DNA of 64,000 nt, from positions 5,005 to 69,004 of IMG/VR virus record IMGVR_UViG_3300044837_000219; one strand, written 5' to 3'. Both the position numbers and the translations under genes were made by a program. The notes below the pieces were generated by a model, which ran no database searches, had not been told where the DNA came from, and was given only the letters and a program-made list of their open reading frames with translations. This document shows, piece after piece, positions 1-9,666 of this stretch. Position 1 is the stretch's first letter. Every line of letters begins with the position of its first letter. Source of the DNA: a virus.

Positions 1-116
1 TGGCGCACCGCGCTCCGGAACGCAGCAGAAGAACGGAGCGCCCGCACCGGGCGCTGGACGTCCCGCCAGTGACCCGCAGCGCGTAGCGAAGCCGAACGGC
101 GTGACACGCTGACGAC

Positions 117-1214
117 ATGAGCGAACCGGCCACGGTTCCACCACAAGCGGGATCTCTTGTACCACAGGAGGCACCAACAGATGCACTCGGGAGAAGGGTC
201 GCCGGGCCTGCGGCGGCCCTCCTCGCCGTGGCGGCAGCGCATCAGTTGGCGCAGAATGCGTTGATCTCCAACACGCTCAAGGCTGTGCTCTCTGTCTGGT
301 ATGGCGTGCCGTTCCGCAACCTTTCCGGCGGCTGGCGAACGGCTGGACCGCGCATCTACGGCTTCGTGAGCGTTGCGCAGGAGATCGCTGCTGCAGAGGC
401 AGCGTCGTACGTGCAGCACGCGTTCGCAGTGCAGGGCGTCGAGATTGATCTACCGCCGATTAGTGCGCGCGCCTTCGCTGGCGCCACGGCGGACGGGCTC
501 GACATGGAGCACGTGCTCGTCGGTGCCGTCGTCTCTGCGAAGCAGCGGATCCAGCGCGGCGGCGACATGGCTGAAGCGTATGCATCGGGCGCTGCGTACT
601 TGACGACGGTGACGAAGACGGAAGTCACCGATGCTGGCACTTCGGCCGACCATGTTGCGCTCATCGCTGCGCAGCGCACCAACACAGCAACACCGCCAGC
701 GTCGGGCTCCATCGTCACCGAAACAGGAACGAAGAAGCGCTACGGCTGGGTTCGCATGCTCAACCCGCCGTCGTGCGGTCGTTGCGCTGTCTTGGCTGGA
801 AAGTTCTACAAGTGGAACGACGGCTTCGAGCGACACCCGAACTGCGACTGCCGACACATCCCAGTCGAAGAGAACCTCGCTGAAGACTTGACGACGGATC
901 CTTCGCTTTACTTCAACTCACTCAGCATCGCTGACCAGGAGAAGTACTTCGGAGTGGCGAACGCTGCGGCGATTGCTGCTGGAGCCGACCCATCGCAGGT
1001 CATGAACGCAGCGATGCGCAAGGGTGGTGTCTACACGGTTGGCGGACGTCGCTACACGCGCGAGGGCACAACTCGACGCGGCTTCTACGGAACGACCGCT
1101 TCCGGACGTACTAAGCAACGACGACCGACTCCGTACCAAATTATGAAGGATGCGCGCGGCGATCAGGCTGCCGCAGTCCGGCTGCTGAAGCAGTTCGGAT
1201 ACATTCTCCAGTGA
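117..1214 (+). CDS. MuF-like minor capsid / head morphogenesis protein
   Basis: W-x-R...SCGRCAVLAG...FERHPNCDCRHIP motif typical of actinophage MuF-like proteins; lies directly upstream of scaffold and capsid genes. Confidence 0.75.
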   Translation: MSEPATVPPQAGSLVPQEAPTDALGRRVAGPAAALLAVAAAHQLAQNALISNTLKAVLSVWYGVPFRNLSGGWRTAGPRIYGFVSVAQEIAAAEAASYVQHAFAVQGVEIDLPPISARAFAGATADGLDMEHVLVGAVVSAKQRIQRGGDMAEAYASGAAYLTTVTKTEVTDAGTSADHVALIAAQRTNTATPPASGSIVTETGTKKRYGWVRMLNPPSCGRCAVLAGKFYKWNDGFERHPNCDCRHIPVEENLAEDLTTDPSLYFNSLSIADQEKYFGVANAAAIAAGADPSQVMNAAMRKGGVYTVGGRRYTREGTTRRGFYGTTASGRTKQRRPTPYQIMKDARGDQAAAVRLLKQFGYILQ

Positions 1215-1262
1215 GGGATGCCGCAACGGCGCCCATCAACTACCCGAAACGGGGAGGCAGGA

Positions 1263-1832
1263 ATGTCCGAAGGAGCACCCGAGGGTCAGACCGGCGGCGA
1301 CGGCGGGGCTGGACCTGGTGGCACAGGAGAACCCGACTACAAGGCACGGTTCGAAGCACTCGGCGGTGAAGAGGCCGAGAAGTGGAAGACCCTGTCGCGC
1401 AAGAACGAAGAGGACTTCAAGAAGGCATCTCGTGAGGCACAGCGCAACGCTGCTGCTGCAGAGGAACTTCGCCGGTTGAAGGAGTCTGGTCAGTCCCACG
1501 AGGAGAAACTCACTTCGCTGGCAGCAGCGCACGAGAGTCTCACGAAGGAACACCAGACGATCGCTTCGGAGCGCGAATCTTTGAAGGTCGAGGTTTCTCG
1601 TCTTCGCGCAGGTCTCGCAGCGGGATTGACGCTCGATGACATGCAGTACATCCCCCTCGGCGACGAGGAGGGGATGGTGAAGGCCGCCAAGACGCTGGCA
1701 CAGCGACTCGGAACTGCACGGACGCCTGACTTCGATGGTGGTGGGCGCGGGGGTTCCCCCGAGCCTCCGAAGACGTTCGGCGGCGTCATCCGCAATCTGC
1801 GAGATCAGCAGCGCGGAGGCCCCGCTTCGTAG
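1263..1832 (+). CDS. Capsid scaffolding protein
   Basis: Charged coiled-coil protein (KWKTLSRKNE) between MuF and MCP; GGGGAGG RBS before ATG 1263. Confidence 0.75.
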   Translation: MSEGAPEGQTGGDGGAGPGGTGEPDYKARFEALGGEEAEKWKTLSRKNEEDFKKASREAQRNAAAAEELRRLKESGQSHEEKLTSLAAAHESLTKEHQTIASERESLKVEVSRLRAGLAAGLTLDDMQYIPLGDEEGMVKAAKTLAQRLGTARTPDFDGGGRGGSPEPPKTFGGVIRNLRDQQRGGPAS

Positions 1833-1880
1833 CAGCAGGACGGCGGCATCGCTGGTCCTGCAGAGTCGAAAGGACCAGCG

Positions 1881-2846
1881 GTGCCTTACAACAACCTGAC
1901 TTCGCGCAGCGACGTCGGCGCACTCATTCCCGAGGAAGTCAGCAACATCATGCTCGGGAAGGCGACCGAGCAGTCGGCCGTCCTCTCCATGTTCCGCCGG
2001 ATCCCCGTCTCGGCCGTCCAGGTCCGATTCCCGATCCTGAGCGCGCTCCCGATGGCCTACTGGGTCACCGGTGACACCGGGCTCAAGCAGACCACGGAGA
2101 TCGGCTGGACCAACAAGTACCTGAACGTCGAAGAGATCGCGACGATCCTTCCCGTTCCGGAGAACGTGGTCGACGACCTCGACCGCGACATCTGGGACGA
2201 GGCGATGCCTCTCCTGACCGAAGCGTTCGCGCGGACCTTCGACAGCGCCGTGTTCTTCGGCACGAACGCTCCGGCGTCGTTCCCGCAGAACGTCATCGCA
2301 GCGGCTGCCGCTGCGGGCAACGTGGCCGACGTCGGTTCGGCTGCGAACACCGGCGGCTTCATGAACGACATCGACAAGGTCTACGGCATGGTCGAGACCG
2401 ACGGCTTCGAGGTCGACGGCTTCCTCGGTGCCATCGCCGCCCGGCCGCTGCTGCGGCAGGCGCGTGACAGCACCGGCCAGCGGCTGGACTCCGGCCGCGT
2501 GTCCGGCGACCTGCGCTCGATCGACGGCTACCCCGTGCAGTACCCGATGCGCGGCCTGTGGCCCGCTGCGGGTGGCGCGGGCGTGAACGGTGTCGCCCTG
2601 GTGGCCGGTGCGTGGCGCGAGAACTTCGTCGTCGGTATCCGGAAGGACATCACGGTGAAGGTGCTCGACCAGGCGGTCATCACCGACAACACCGGTGCCA
2701 TCATCTTCAACCTGCCGCAGCAGGACATGGTGGCAATCCGTCTGACCTTCCGGGCCGGTTGGCAGGTCAAGAACACCATCAACAACGACAACCCGAACGC
2801 CAGCACCCGCTACCCGGTCGCGTACCTGCGCACGCTGGGCGCGTAG
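1881..2846 (+). CDS. Major capsid protein (HK97 fold)
   Basis: LIPEEV..I, AYWV.G...KQTT, NLPQQDMVAIRLTFRAGW motifs; strong codon bias; AAGGA RBS. Confidence 0.92.
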   Translation: MPYNNLTSRSDVGALIPEEVSNIMLGKATEQSAVLSMFRRIPVSAVQVRFPILSALPMAYWVTGDTGLKQTTEIGWTNKYLNVEEIATILPVPENVVDDLDRDIWDEAMPLLTEAFARTFDSAVFFGTNAPASFPQNVIAAAAAAGNVADVGSAANTGGFMNDIDKVYGMVETDGFEVDGFLGAIAARPLLRQARDSTGQRLDSGRVSGDLRSIDGYPVQYPMRGLWPAAGGAGVNGVALVAGAWRENFVVGIRKDITVKVLDQAVITDNTGAIIFNLPQQDMVAIRLTFRAGWQVKNTINNDNPNASTRYPVAYLRTLGA

Positions 2847-2852
2847 TTCGGA

Positions 2853-2883
2853 CGGCCGGAGCGCACACGTTGCGCTCCGGCCG
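2853..2883 (+). terminator. Stem-loop after MCP
   Basis: CGGCCGGAGCGCA-cacgt-TGCGCTCCGGCCG perfect 13-bp stem. Confidence 0.6.
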
Positions 2884-2928
2884 CTCGTGGTTGTCTTGAA
2901 AACGCTTCTCCCGGAAGGAAATCCAGTC

Positions 2929-3339
2929 ATGAGTCCCGCAGGCGAGCAGGCACCAGTCCAGCAGAAGTTGGAGGTCGAACTCCCCGCGAGCGCGACCGCC
3001 GTCAACAACTCGGGCGCCGTGCGCGCCCCGTTCGACGGAACCATCACCGACGTCTCCTACGTGCCGGTTGCGACCATCACCGGCGCCAACACCAACACCC
3101 GCGCCGTTTCCCTGGTCAACCACGCCCAGGACGGCACCGGTACCGCGATTGCGGCCACGCTGCAGTTCAACAGCGGCGTGAACGCCACCGGCTTCGACGA
3201 GAAGGCGATCACGCTCTCCGGTACTCCCGCGAACCTCGCGGTCGTCGCCGGAGACGTCCTGGAGGCCAAGTCGACAGCCGTCGGCACCGGCCTGGCCGAC
3301 CCGGGTGGCACGCTGTTCGTGACCATCGCGCGGGCCTGA
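2929..3339 (+). CDS. Putative capsid decoration / small virion protein
   Basis: Beta-rich Thr/Ala/Gly protein immediately after MCP; GAAGGA RBS before ATG 2929. Confidence 0.5.
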   Translation: MSPAGEQAPVQQKLEVELPASATAVNNSGAVRAPFDGTITDVSYVPVATITGANTNTRAVSLVNHAQDGTGTAIAATLQFNSGVNATGFDEKAITLSGTPANLAVVAGDVLEAKSTAVGTGLADPGGTLFVTIARA

Positions 3340-3352
3340 GAGGAGAACCGAA

Positions 3353-3631
3353 ATGGCCGAGAACGTCAGGGCTGCAGCCAAGCCCCGCACTCCGAACGAG
3401 GCTCCGTCCGATTCACCGGCGAACGAGCCCGGCGGCGACGCCGCGCAGGCTCACGCGCAGAAGGTGATGGACGAGGGCAACGCGAAGGGCTACCTGGGCG
3501 AGCAGCCCCACGAGCCGCACGCCCCGGAGGCGTACACCCTGGAGGGTGGCGCTCCCGAGGTCGACATCGTGAACCCGGTTCCCCGGCGCGAGCCGGTCGA
3601 CCGGACCGCTGCCGAGCAGAACCGCGCCTGA
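3353..3631 (+). CDS. Hypothetical protein (head region)
   Basis: GAGGAG RBS, in-operon ORF. Confidence 0.6.
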   Translation: MAENVRAAAKPRTPNEAPSDSPANEPGGDAAQAHAQKVMDEGNAKGYLGEQPHEPHAPEAYTLEGGAPEVDIVNPVPRREPVDRTAAEQNRA

Positions 3632-3651
3632 GCGAGTAGGAGGACGCCACC

Positions 3652-4119
3652 GTGACCACGCAGTACTTCCATGTCGCAGTCAGCGACATCGAGACGCGGT
3701 GGCGTCCTCTTTCCGCCGAAGAGACTACTGTCGCAACGGTTTTGCTAGCCGACGCCGATCGCAACCTGTTCTTCGCCCGGCCGACGCTCGCGACGGCAAT
3801 CGCGCTCGACACCGACGACCCGAAGTACATCGACCCGGAGACTGCGAAGGTTCCCGTCGTCGACCAGGTCTGGCGGGTCCTCATCAACCCGGACTCGTTT
3901 CGCACCACCAACGTCGGGGCCGACGGTTCGATCGGCGCGGGCTACTTCAGCACCGAAGTACTGCGCCCGCGCGTCGCGCTGGCACCCGGCGATCTCGACA
4001 CCATCGACCGTGCGTTGCGAGTGACGAAGCAGGGCAACTCGCCCGTTGTGTCGCGCCGCATGCGCAACGTGGACTACGGCATTCCCTCTGTCGACATGAA
4101 CGCGCTTCCCACCCCGTAG
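3652..4119 (+). CDS. Head-to-tail adaptor
   Basis: VSDIETRWRPLSAEE...LLADA...V.RVLINPD pattern of actinophage adaptors; gene order. Confidence 0.75.
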   Translation: MTTQYFHVAVSDIETRWRPLSAEETTVATVLLADADRNLFFARPTLATAIALDTDDPKYIDPETAKVPVVDQVWRVLINPDSFRTTNVGADGSIGAGYFSTEVLRPRVALAPGDLDTIDRALRVTKQGNSPVVSRRMRNVDYGIPSVDMNALPTP

Positions 4120-4127
4120 GAGCAGAA

Positions 4128-4850
4128 GTGACTTCCGAACTGACCCCCCGGGGCGCGCTGTCGCTGAACCGCGTTCCCCTGATCGAGCGCCCCGTCGTTT
4201 CGACGTTCGCCGAGGCCGTGCGGTACGGCACGCCGTTCGGCGAGGGACGCCCGCAGCGTCTCTTCGGTCGCCGGAAGGCGATGCAGAAGGCGCGCTGGCA
4301 GGCCGCGAACGCCGAGAACTTCAAGCGCTCGCTCATCGACCAGATCAAGTTCGAGGCCAACGCGCTGCCGAACCGACTCAACGCCATCGGCCACCTGTGG
4401 CTCGCGAAGTTGAACCTCGACGGTTCGCTCGACGACCTGGGCCTGGTGTCGTGCCGCGTCGTCACCGACACCGGCGTGGCGTTCATCGTGGATGCTTTCC
4501 AGAACCTGGTGGAACTGGAGACCATGAAGTTCCACGGTCTCGGCACCGGCACCACCGCCGAGTCGGCCGCGCAGACCGCGCTGGTCACCGAACTCACCAC
4601 GCAGTACTCCACCGCGAGCACCCGGCCCACCGGAACGCTGGGCGAGAAGTCCGGCGATGCGAAGACGTACGAGACCACGGCGACCATCACCGTGAGCGCA
4701 ACCGTCGCAGCGACCGAGCACGCCATCCTTTCGCAAGCAGCGACCGGCGGTGGCACGATGCTCGACCGTTCGGTGTTCGCCGCCGTCAACCTGGCCTCCG
4801 GCGAGTCACTGCAGGCGACGTACCAGTTGACATTTCCCTCAGGTGGTTAG
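4128..4850 (+). CDS. Virion structural protein with tail-collar-fibre-like domain
   Basis: VVTDTG...GLGTGTTAESAAQTALVTE...MLDRSVFAAVNLASGESLQATYQLTF; AGGAG RBS before GTG 4128. Confidence 0.55.
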   Translation: MTSELTPRGALSLNRVPLIERPVVSTFAEAVRYGTPFGEGRPQRLFGRRKAMQKARWQAANAENFKRSLIDQIKFEANALPNRLNAIGHLWLAKLNLDGSLDDLGLVSCRVVTDTGVAFIVDAFQNLVELETMKFHGLGTGTTAESAAQTALVTELTTQYSTASTRPTGTLGEKSGDAKTYETTATITVSATVAATEHAILSQAATGGGTMLDRSVFAAVNLASGESLQATYQLTFPSGG

Positions 4851-4880
4851 TGGACGGGGAGGGATGGTACGCTTCCCTGC

Positions 4881-5420
4881 ATGGGACTCAAGCCTCTCTC
4901 TCTCGTCTACGTCTGCGTGCGGCCGGAGTGCGGGAAGGAGTTCAATCCGTGGCACAAGAGCCAGCGGTATTGCTCCAACCAGTGCTCCGGTCTGCACGCG
5001 CGTGTCGCCAAGCGAACCGAACGTCAGTTGCCAGAGAGCCAGTGCGAGCGCGATGGATGCTTCAATTCGGTTGTCCAAGACCGCTCCGATCGAGTCAAGC
5101 GCTTCTGCTCACGCGAGTGCTACCGCTTGAACAAGGACGGTCGAACGCAGCACACGCCGGATGGGTACACGCTCGTCTATCGGCCCGACCATCCTGCCGC
5201 GTACACCAGTGGGCAGATTTTCGAGCACCGCGTCGTCATGGAAGAGACGCTCGGTCGCTACCTCGAACCTCACGAGACCGTTCATCACGTCAACGGCGTC
5301 AAGTCGGACAACCGGCCGGAGAACCTTCAGTTGCGGTCCGGCCGCCACGGGAAGGGCGTTGTGCACCAATGCCTCGACTGTGGCTCGCGGAACGTAGGAA
5401 CGGTGCCGCTGGACGACTAA
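4881..5420 (+). CDS. Free-standing HNH (homing) endonuclease with N-terminal Cys motifs
   Basis: EHRVVME..LGRYL...ETVHHVNGVKSDNRPENL HNH signature; YCSNQC and FCSREC motifs. Confidence 0.9.
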   Translation: MGLKPLSLVYVCVRPECGKEFNPWHKSQRYCSNQCSGLHARVAKRTERQLPESQCERDGCFNSVVQDRSDRVKRFCSRECYRLNKDGRTQHTPDGYTLVYRPDHPAAYTSGQIFEHRVVMEETLGRYLEPHETVHHVNGVKSDNRPENLQLRSGRHGKGVVHQCLDCGSRNVGTVPLDD

Positions 5421-5439
5421 CCTCCCTCGGGAGGCTTTA

Positions 5440-6984
5440 GTGGCGATTTCCAGGGTCTCAATCGGCGCCATCGTTGAATCAGCGTCGGCGACGTCTATTA
5501 CGCCGTCGCTCCCCGCCAGCCTAGCAACCGATGACTATGTGGTGTTCTTCTGCACCGTTCCCGGTACGAACACGGCAAGCGAGGTCAGCGAGCACAGCGG
5601 AACGCCGTCGGGCTGGACGCAGATCCAGGCGCCGAAGTTCGTCAACGATACGAACATCATCTCGGCATACGGTCGATTCAAGGACGGCACCTGGTCGACG
5701 ATGCCGACCATCAGCACGACGCATGCGGCGAGCCGAACTGCTGCTGCTTCGGTTGCTTATCGCGGTGTTGACAAGACAACGCCGATCGACGTTGCCGCAG
5801 TGTTCACCGGAACAACTACCGCAGGTAGCGGCGCTACCTCTGTGGCCTTGACCGGCGTGACCACAACGACCGCCGGAGCGATGCTTCTGTCGGGCTGCGT
5901 TGTCGACAGTTCGACGGACGTGTTCAGCCCAACCGCGCCCTCCGGCATGACGTTCCTCGTCACAAGCACGGGCACCGGCGATGGCGCGGCCGGGCGCGGC
6001 CTGAGTCTCGCCGAGGAGAGCCGAGCCTCCGCTGGCGCAACTGGCACGCGTACGTGGACGCACAGCGTCTCCGTTGGCAACGGCGGCTTCGTTGTTGCGC
6101 TCCGGCAGAGCCAGGCGGTAACGAAGACGCTGACTGGCAGTATCACTGCGACCGGCGCTCTCATCAAGATTCCGCTGAAGAGTCTGACCGGCAGCATCAC
6201 CGCTGCTGGCGTCGCCATCAAGACGACGCTGAAGAGTGCGTTCACGGCCAGCATCACCGCCACTGGCGCTGCCATCAAGAAGACGTTGAAGAATGTCTTC
6301 ACTGCCAGCGTTACTGCGACCGGAGTGCTGACCCAGACCAAGGTGGCGCCGAAGACCTTCACAGCGTCGATTACTCCTGCTGGCGTGTTCATCCGCACGA
6401 GCGTGACGAAATTGCTCTCTGGATCCATCACCAGCGCTGGTGTCGCTGTAAAGAGCGTAGTCAAGAACGCGTTCACCGGTTCGAGCACGGCCACCGGTGT
6501 AGCGATCAAAACCGCCCCGAAGACGTTCAGCGGCTCAGTGACCCCTGCTGGATTTCTCGGCAAGGCTCTCGCGCGAATCTTCACCGGATCGACGACGTCG
6601 ACCGGTGTTGCCGTCAAGACCACGCTGAAGACGCCAACTGGTTCCGTCACGGCGACAGGCGCTTACATAAAGGTTCCAATCAAGCGATTGAGCGGATCCG
6701 TAACGCCGACCGGCTTCCTGAGCAAGTTCATGTCCAGGATCTTCACGGGAGCGATCGTTACGGCTGGTGTCGCCGTAAAGAAGACGATCAAGTTGCCGTT
6801 CACCGGATCGACGACAGCGACGGGTTTCTACCGCAAGTCGTTCATCCGCGTCTTCACCGGATCAGTTACTCCAGTCGGCGCCTCTGTTATCACATTCCTT
6901 GGTCGCCTCTTCGGCCGCCCCGGCGAGGCTGTCGTCACTATCGAGAAGTATGCGGAAGCCATCATTCGCATACAGAACAACTAA
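5440..6984 (+). CDS. Putative fibre protein A (globular N-domain + about 14 repeats)
   Basis: Repeats of K-x-F/L-T-G-S-x-T-x-x-G of about 18-19 aa; paralogue of next gene. Confidence 0.6.
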   Translation: MAISRVSIGAIVESASATSITPSLPASLATDDYVVFFCTVPGTNTASEVSEHSGTPSGWTQIQAPKFVNDTNIISAYGRFKDGTWSTMPTISTTHAASRTAAASVAYRGVDKTTPIDVAAVFTGTTTAGSGATSVALTGVTTTTAGAMLLSGCVVDSSTDVFSPTAPSGMTFLVTSTGTGDGAAGRGLSLAEESRASAGATGTRTWTHSVSVGNGGFVVALRQSQAVTKTLTGSITATGALIKIPLKSLTGSITAAGVAIKTTLKSAFTASITATGAAIKKTLKNVFTASVTATGVLTQTKVAPKTFTASITPAGVFIRTSVTKLLSGSITSAGVAVKSVVKNAFTGSSTATGVAIKTAPKTFSGSVTPAGFLGKALARIFTGSTTSTGVAVKTTLKTPTGSVTATGAYIKVPIKRLSGSVTPTGFLSKFMSRIFTGAIVTAGVAVKKTIKLPFTGSTTATGFYRKSFIRVFTGSVTPVGASVITFLGRLFGRPGEAVVTIEKYAEAIIRIQNN

Positions 6985-6996
6985 GGGGGAGGTGAC

Positions 6997-8037
6997 ATGG
7001 CAATCGTCTCGCGGACGGCGACGGTAGTTGAGAACTCGTCGGCATCGTCCATCACCGGCTCGCTTCCGTCCGACCGGGTGACAGGCGACCTCGCCATCGC
7101 CGTCTTCTCCTTCTCCGGCAGCGGCACCGTGACCGGCCCGGCGGGGTGGACGCAGTTCTTCGCCCCCGTCTCGCTCAGCGGAGTCACTCTTGCTGCGTAC
7201 TACCGCATTAGCCCGCCCGCAGCGCCGACGGCCAGTACGAGCGCTTCTGCCGACCGATGCAGCGTCGTCTGCCAGTCCTACGGCAACGTGAATCAGGGCG
7301 CGCCTATCGACGTGGCTGCGGTCGTCACGCAGGGGCCAGCGACCAACACGACGCTCGTAACGACCGGCCTGACGGTTGCAACCGCTGGAGCGCGCTTGGT
7401 TGCGGCCCTGGCCGGAGATGCGTCCACGCGAACCATCACTATTCCCTCTGGCATGACGCTGGTGAAGTCGTACTCTGCTGCGCCGAACGGGCGTCTGCTG
7501 GGCGTCGCTGACGAAGTGCGCGCGGCCACCGGAGCAACTGGCACTCGCTCGTGGACTATCGCTCCGTCGGTCACCATCGACATGATCGGCTTCGTTGTCG
7601 CGATTGCGCCGCAGACCGGCCTGTCGCTCTCCGGAAGCATCTCTGCCAGCGGCACACTGCGCAAGGTCACCACGAAGAACTTCTTCACCGCTTCGATTAC
7701 GGCCACTGGCGCGTTCTCGAAGTTGAAGGTCGTCTTCCGCATGTTCGACGGCAGTACGGCACCGACTGGAGTGCTCGTCAAGTTGTGGCACAAGAACTTC
7801 ACTGGTGCCATCGCTTCGAATGGAATCGTCGGAAAACTGCTCAGTCGAACGTTCGTCTCTTCGATTACGGCAACCGGATTCTTCCGCAAGGCATTCGTGC
7901 GTCGCTTCACTGGCTCCATCGCGACGACCGGTAACGTGGTCATCACCTTCCTCGGTCGCGCATTCGGTCTTCCCGGTCGCGCAGCGGTGACCATCGAGAA
8001 GGCTGGCGATGCTCTCATTCGAGTAAGGAGGAAGTGA
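6997..8037 (+). CDS. Putative fibre protein B (paralogue, about 6 repeats)
   Basis: Same N-domain (SITxSLP, GATGTRxWT) and same C-terminus (ITFLGRxFGxPGxAxVTIEK) as fibre A. Confidence 0.6.
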   Translation: MAIVSRTATVVENSSASSITGSLPSDRVTGDLAIAVFSFSGSGTVTGPAGWTQFFAPVSLSGVTLAAYYRISPPAAPTASTSASADRCSVVCQSYGNVNQGAPIDVAAVVTQGPATNTTLVTTGLTVATAGARLVAALAGDASTRTITIPSGMTLVKSYSAAPNGRLLGVADEVRAATGATGTRSWTIAPSVTIDMIGFVVAIAPQTGLSLSGSISASGTLRKVTTKNFFTASITATGAFSKLKVVFRMFDGSTAPTGVLVKLWHKNFTGAIASNGIVGKLLSRTFVSSITATGFFRKAFVRRFTGSIATTGNVVITFLGRAFGLPGRAAVTIEKAGDALIRVRRK

Positions 8038-8342
8038 TGCCGACCCGGGCAGTGCGCGAAATCTTCGAGGGTCAGCGCCTCATCATCGAATGTGAGTTCA
8101 GGAAGCGCGGCGTTCCCACCGATCCGATCGGTGTGCAGTGCATCGTACGCAAGCCGAGCGGATCGCAGGCGGCGCTCAACTACCCTGACATCAATCTCAC
8201 TCGACGCGAACTTGGCATCTTCGAAGCCAACATCACAGTCGACGAGGGTGGAACGTGGTGGGTCCGCTTCGAGGGGTTCGGAACCGTCGATGCGGTGCAA
8301 GAATCGTCGTTCGAAGTCAGATCAACCGTGATGTCGTCGTAG
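8037..8342 (+). CDS. Small beta-sandwich virion protein
   Basis: PTDP..V...VRKPSG...GIFEANITVDEGGTWWVRFEG pattern; overlaps fibre B stop. Confidence 0.5.
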   Translation: MPTRAVREIFEGQRLIIECEFRKRGVPTDPIGVQCIVRKPSGSQAALNYPDINLTRRELGIFEANITVDEGGTWWVRFEGFGTVDAVQESSFEVRSTVMSS

Positions 8343-8353
8343 AGGAGACAGAA

Positions 8354-8494
8354 GTGGCCGACGAGAAGAAGAACGAGCAGACCGAGCGCGAAGTGAAGAA
8401 CGTCGTGGGTGACTACCCCGAGCGCCCATACGACCAGGCCATCTCCAAGGAGCACCGCGCTTTCCTGGAGGAGCAGGAGAAGAAGACCAAGTGA
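8354..8494 (+). CDS. Small hypothetical protein
   Basis: AGGAG RBS, GTG start, stop overlaps next start. Confidence 0.5.
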   Translation: MADEKKNEQTEREVKNVVGDYPERPYDQAISKEHRAFLEEQEKKTK

Positions 8495-8850
8495 ACGTCA
8501 CCGCACTCATTAAGACAGGGCGTCGCATCGCTGGCGACGCCCTCCTCGACTCGGGCGTCATCTCCGACCCCGTGGACGTGTCTGATGGGCGCGGCGGCTG
8601 GACGCAGACGTTCGTAGCGCGAGCGGACCCAATCAAGTGCCGCGTCGTCGGAGTCAAGGATCAACTCGTCGAGAACATCAGCGACGTCCTCCAGGGGCCG
8701 AACACATCCATCATTCTGTGCGCGTGCGGCACGGTTATGGTTGAAGGCGCTCGGATTCACGTCAACAACACCACGTACCAGATCGGCGCGCGCTTGAGTG
8801 CCGATTCAGTGACGACCGTCAATGAGCGCTACGTCGGTCGGGAGGTGTAG
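8491..8850 (+). CDS. Head-to-tail stopper / head closure protein
   Basis: SDGRGGWTQT...IKCRV motif; gene order. Confidence 0.7.
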   Translation: MNVTALIKTGRRIAGDALLDSGVISDPVDVSDGRGGWTQTFVARADPIKCRVVGVKDQLVENISDVLQGPNTSIILCACGTVMVEGARIHVNNTTYQIGARLSADSVTTVNERYVGREV

Positions 8851-8852
8851 CA

Positions 8853-9209
8853 ATGGGTCGCGTCGTCGTGCGTTACAACAAGATTCCCAAGATCAAGGTT
8901 GCCATCAACCCGGCCCTCGGCGACGCGATGGACGAAAGCGTTGACACGCTCGACACGACGTTGAACGAAAGAGTGTGGCGCGACACGGGAATCCTTGCTG
9001 GCACGATCCAGGACCGCGACCCGTCTCGTCTGCACGCGCTCATCTCTGTCGGTCTGAACAAGGGCCGAGGCTTCTACTCGCGCTTCCTGGAATGGGGCAC
9101 GAGCAAGTTGGCCGCCCGTCCTGTCGTCGGACCAACGGCGCACCAGTTCGAGCCGAAGATGGTCACCATTTTCACGAAGCACATCCGACGCGCTTGCAGT
9201 AAGGGGTGA
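8853..9209 (+). CDS. HK97 gp10-like neck/tail completion protein
   Basis: RDTGILAGTI...FYSRFLEWGTSKLAARP motif. Confidence 0.8.
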   Translation: MGRVVVRYNKIPKIKVAINPALGDAMDESVDTLDTTLNERVWRDTGILAGTIQDRDPSRLHALISVGLNKGRGFYSRFLEWGTSKLAARPVVGPTAHQFEPKMVTIFTKHIRRACSKG

Positions 9210-9215
9210 TGCATT

Positions 9216-9656
9216 GTGTCAGACATTCTTGAGTCGACGGACATCATCGACCCCTGGCTGTACTCGACTCTGCACGGCGACGGCGTTCTGAACACTGCCG
9301 TTGGCGGGCGCTTCGTGAACACACTGTCGTCAGGCAAGGTGGCGACTCCGTACGTCGTGTTCTCGGCAACGAGCACGCGAGCAGTTCGCGGCGTCGGTGG
9401 CGTGCTCCTCGATACCGACAGTCTCTACGAGATCAAGGCAGTGACGAACGAGCCGGGATTCACGCAGGCGAGCGCACTCGCCGCGCGAATCAAGGGACTC
9501 ATCGAAACCATCAACAGGAGCATCACCATCTCGACGCCGTTCCCAGCGAGTGTGACGTGCTTCTGGGAGACCGAGATCCGCTACCCGGAAGTCACCGAAG
9601 GAGTTCAGTACCGCCACCTCGGCGGGCTCTACCGGATCCGGGCGTGCGCGTTGTGA
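9216..9656 (+). CDS. Tail terminator
   Basis: LYSTL..D..L...VGGR...PYVVF motif; gene order. Confidence 0.75.
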   Translation: MSDILESTDIIDPWLYSTLHGDGVLNTAVGGRFVNTLSSGKVATPYVVFSATSTRAVRGVGGVLLDTDSLYEIKAVTNEPGFTQASALAARIKGLIETINRSITISTPFPASVTCFWETEIRYPEVTEGVQYRHLGGLYRIRACAL

Positions 9657-9666
9657 AGGAGCAGAA

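Noticed and set aside
1236-3047. Long antisense ORFs (also 36050-37528, 52149-53774) and alternative-frame ORF 16894-19098
   Set aside because: Shadow frames of high-GC coding genes with no recognisable motifs
4881-5420. Group I intron-encoded endonuclease
   Set aside because: Flanking genes look complete with their own stop and start, and there is no room for an intron core
5440-8037. Diversity-generating retroelement (TR/VR pair)
   Set aside because: Similarity is protein-level paralogy, not adenine-specific near-identity, and no reverse transcriptase is present
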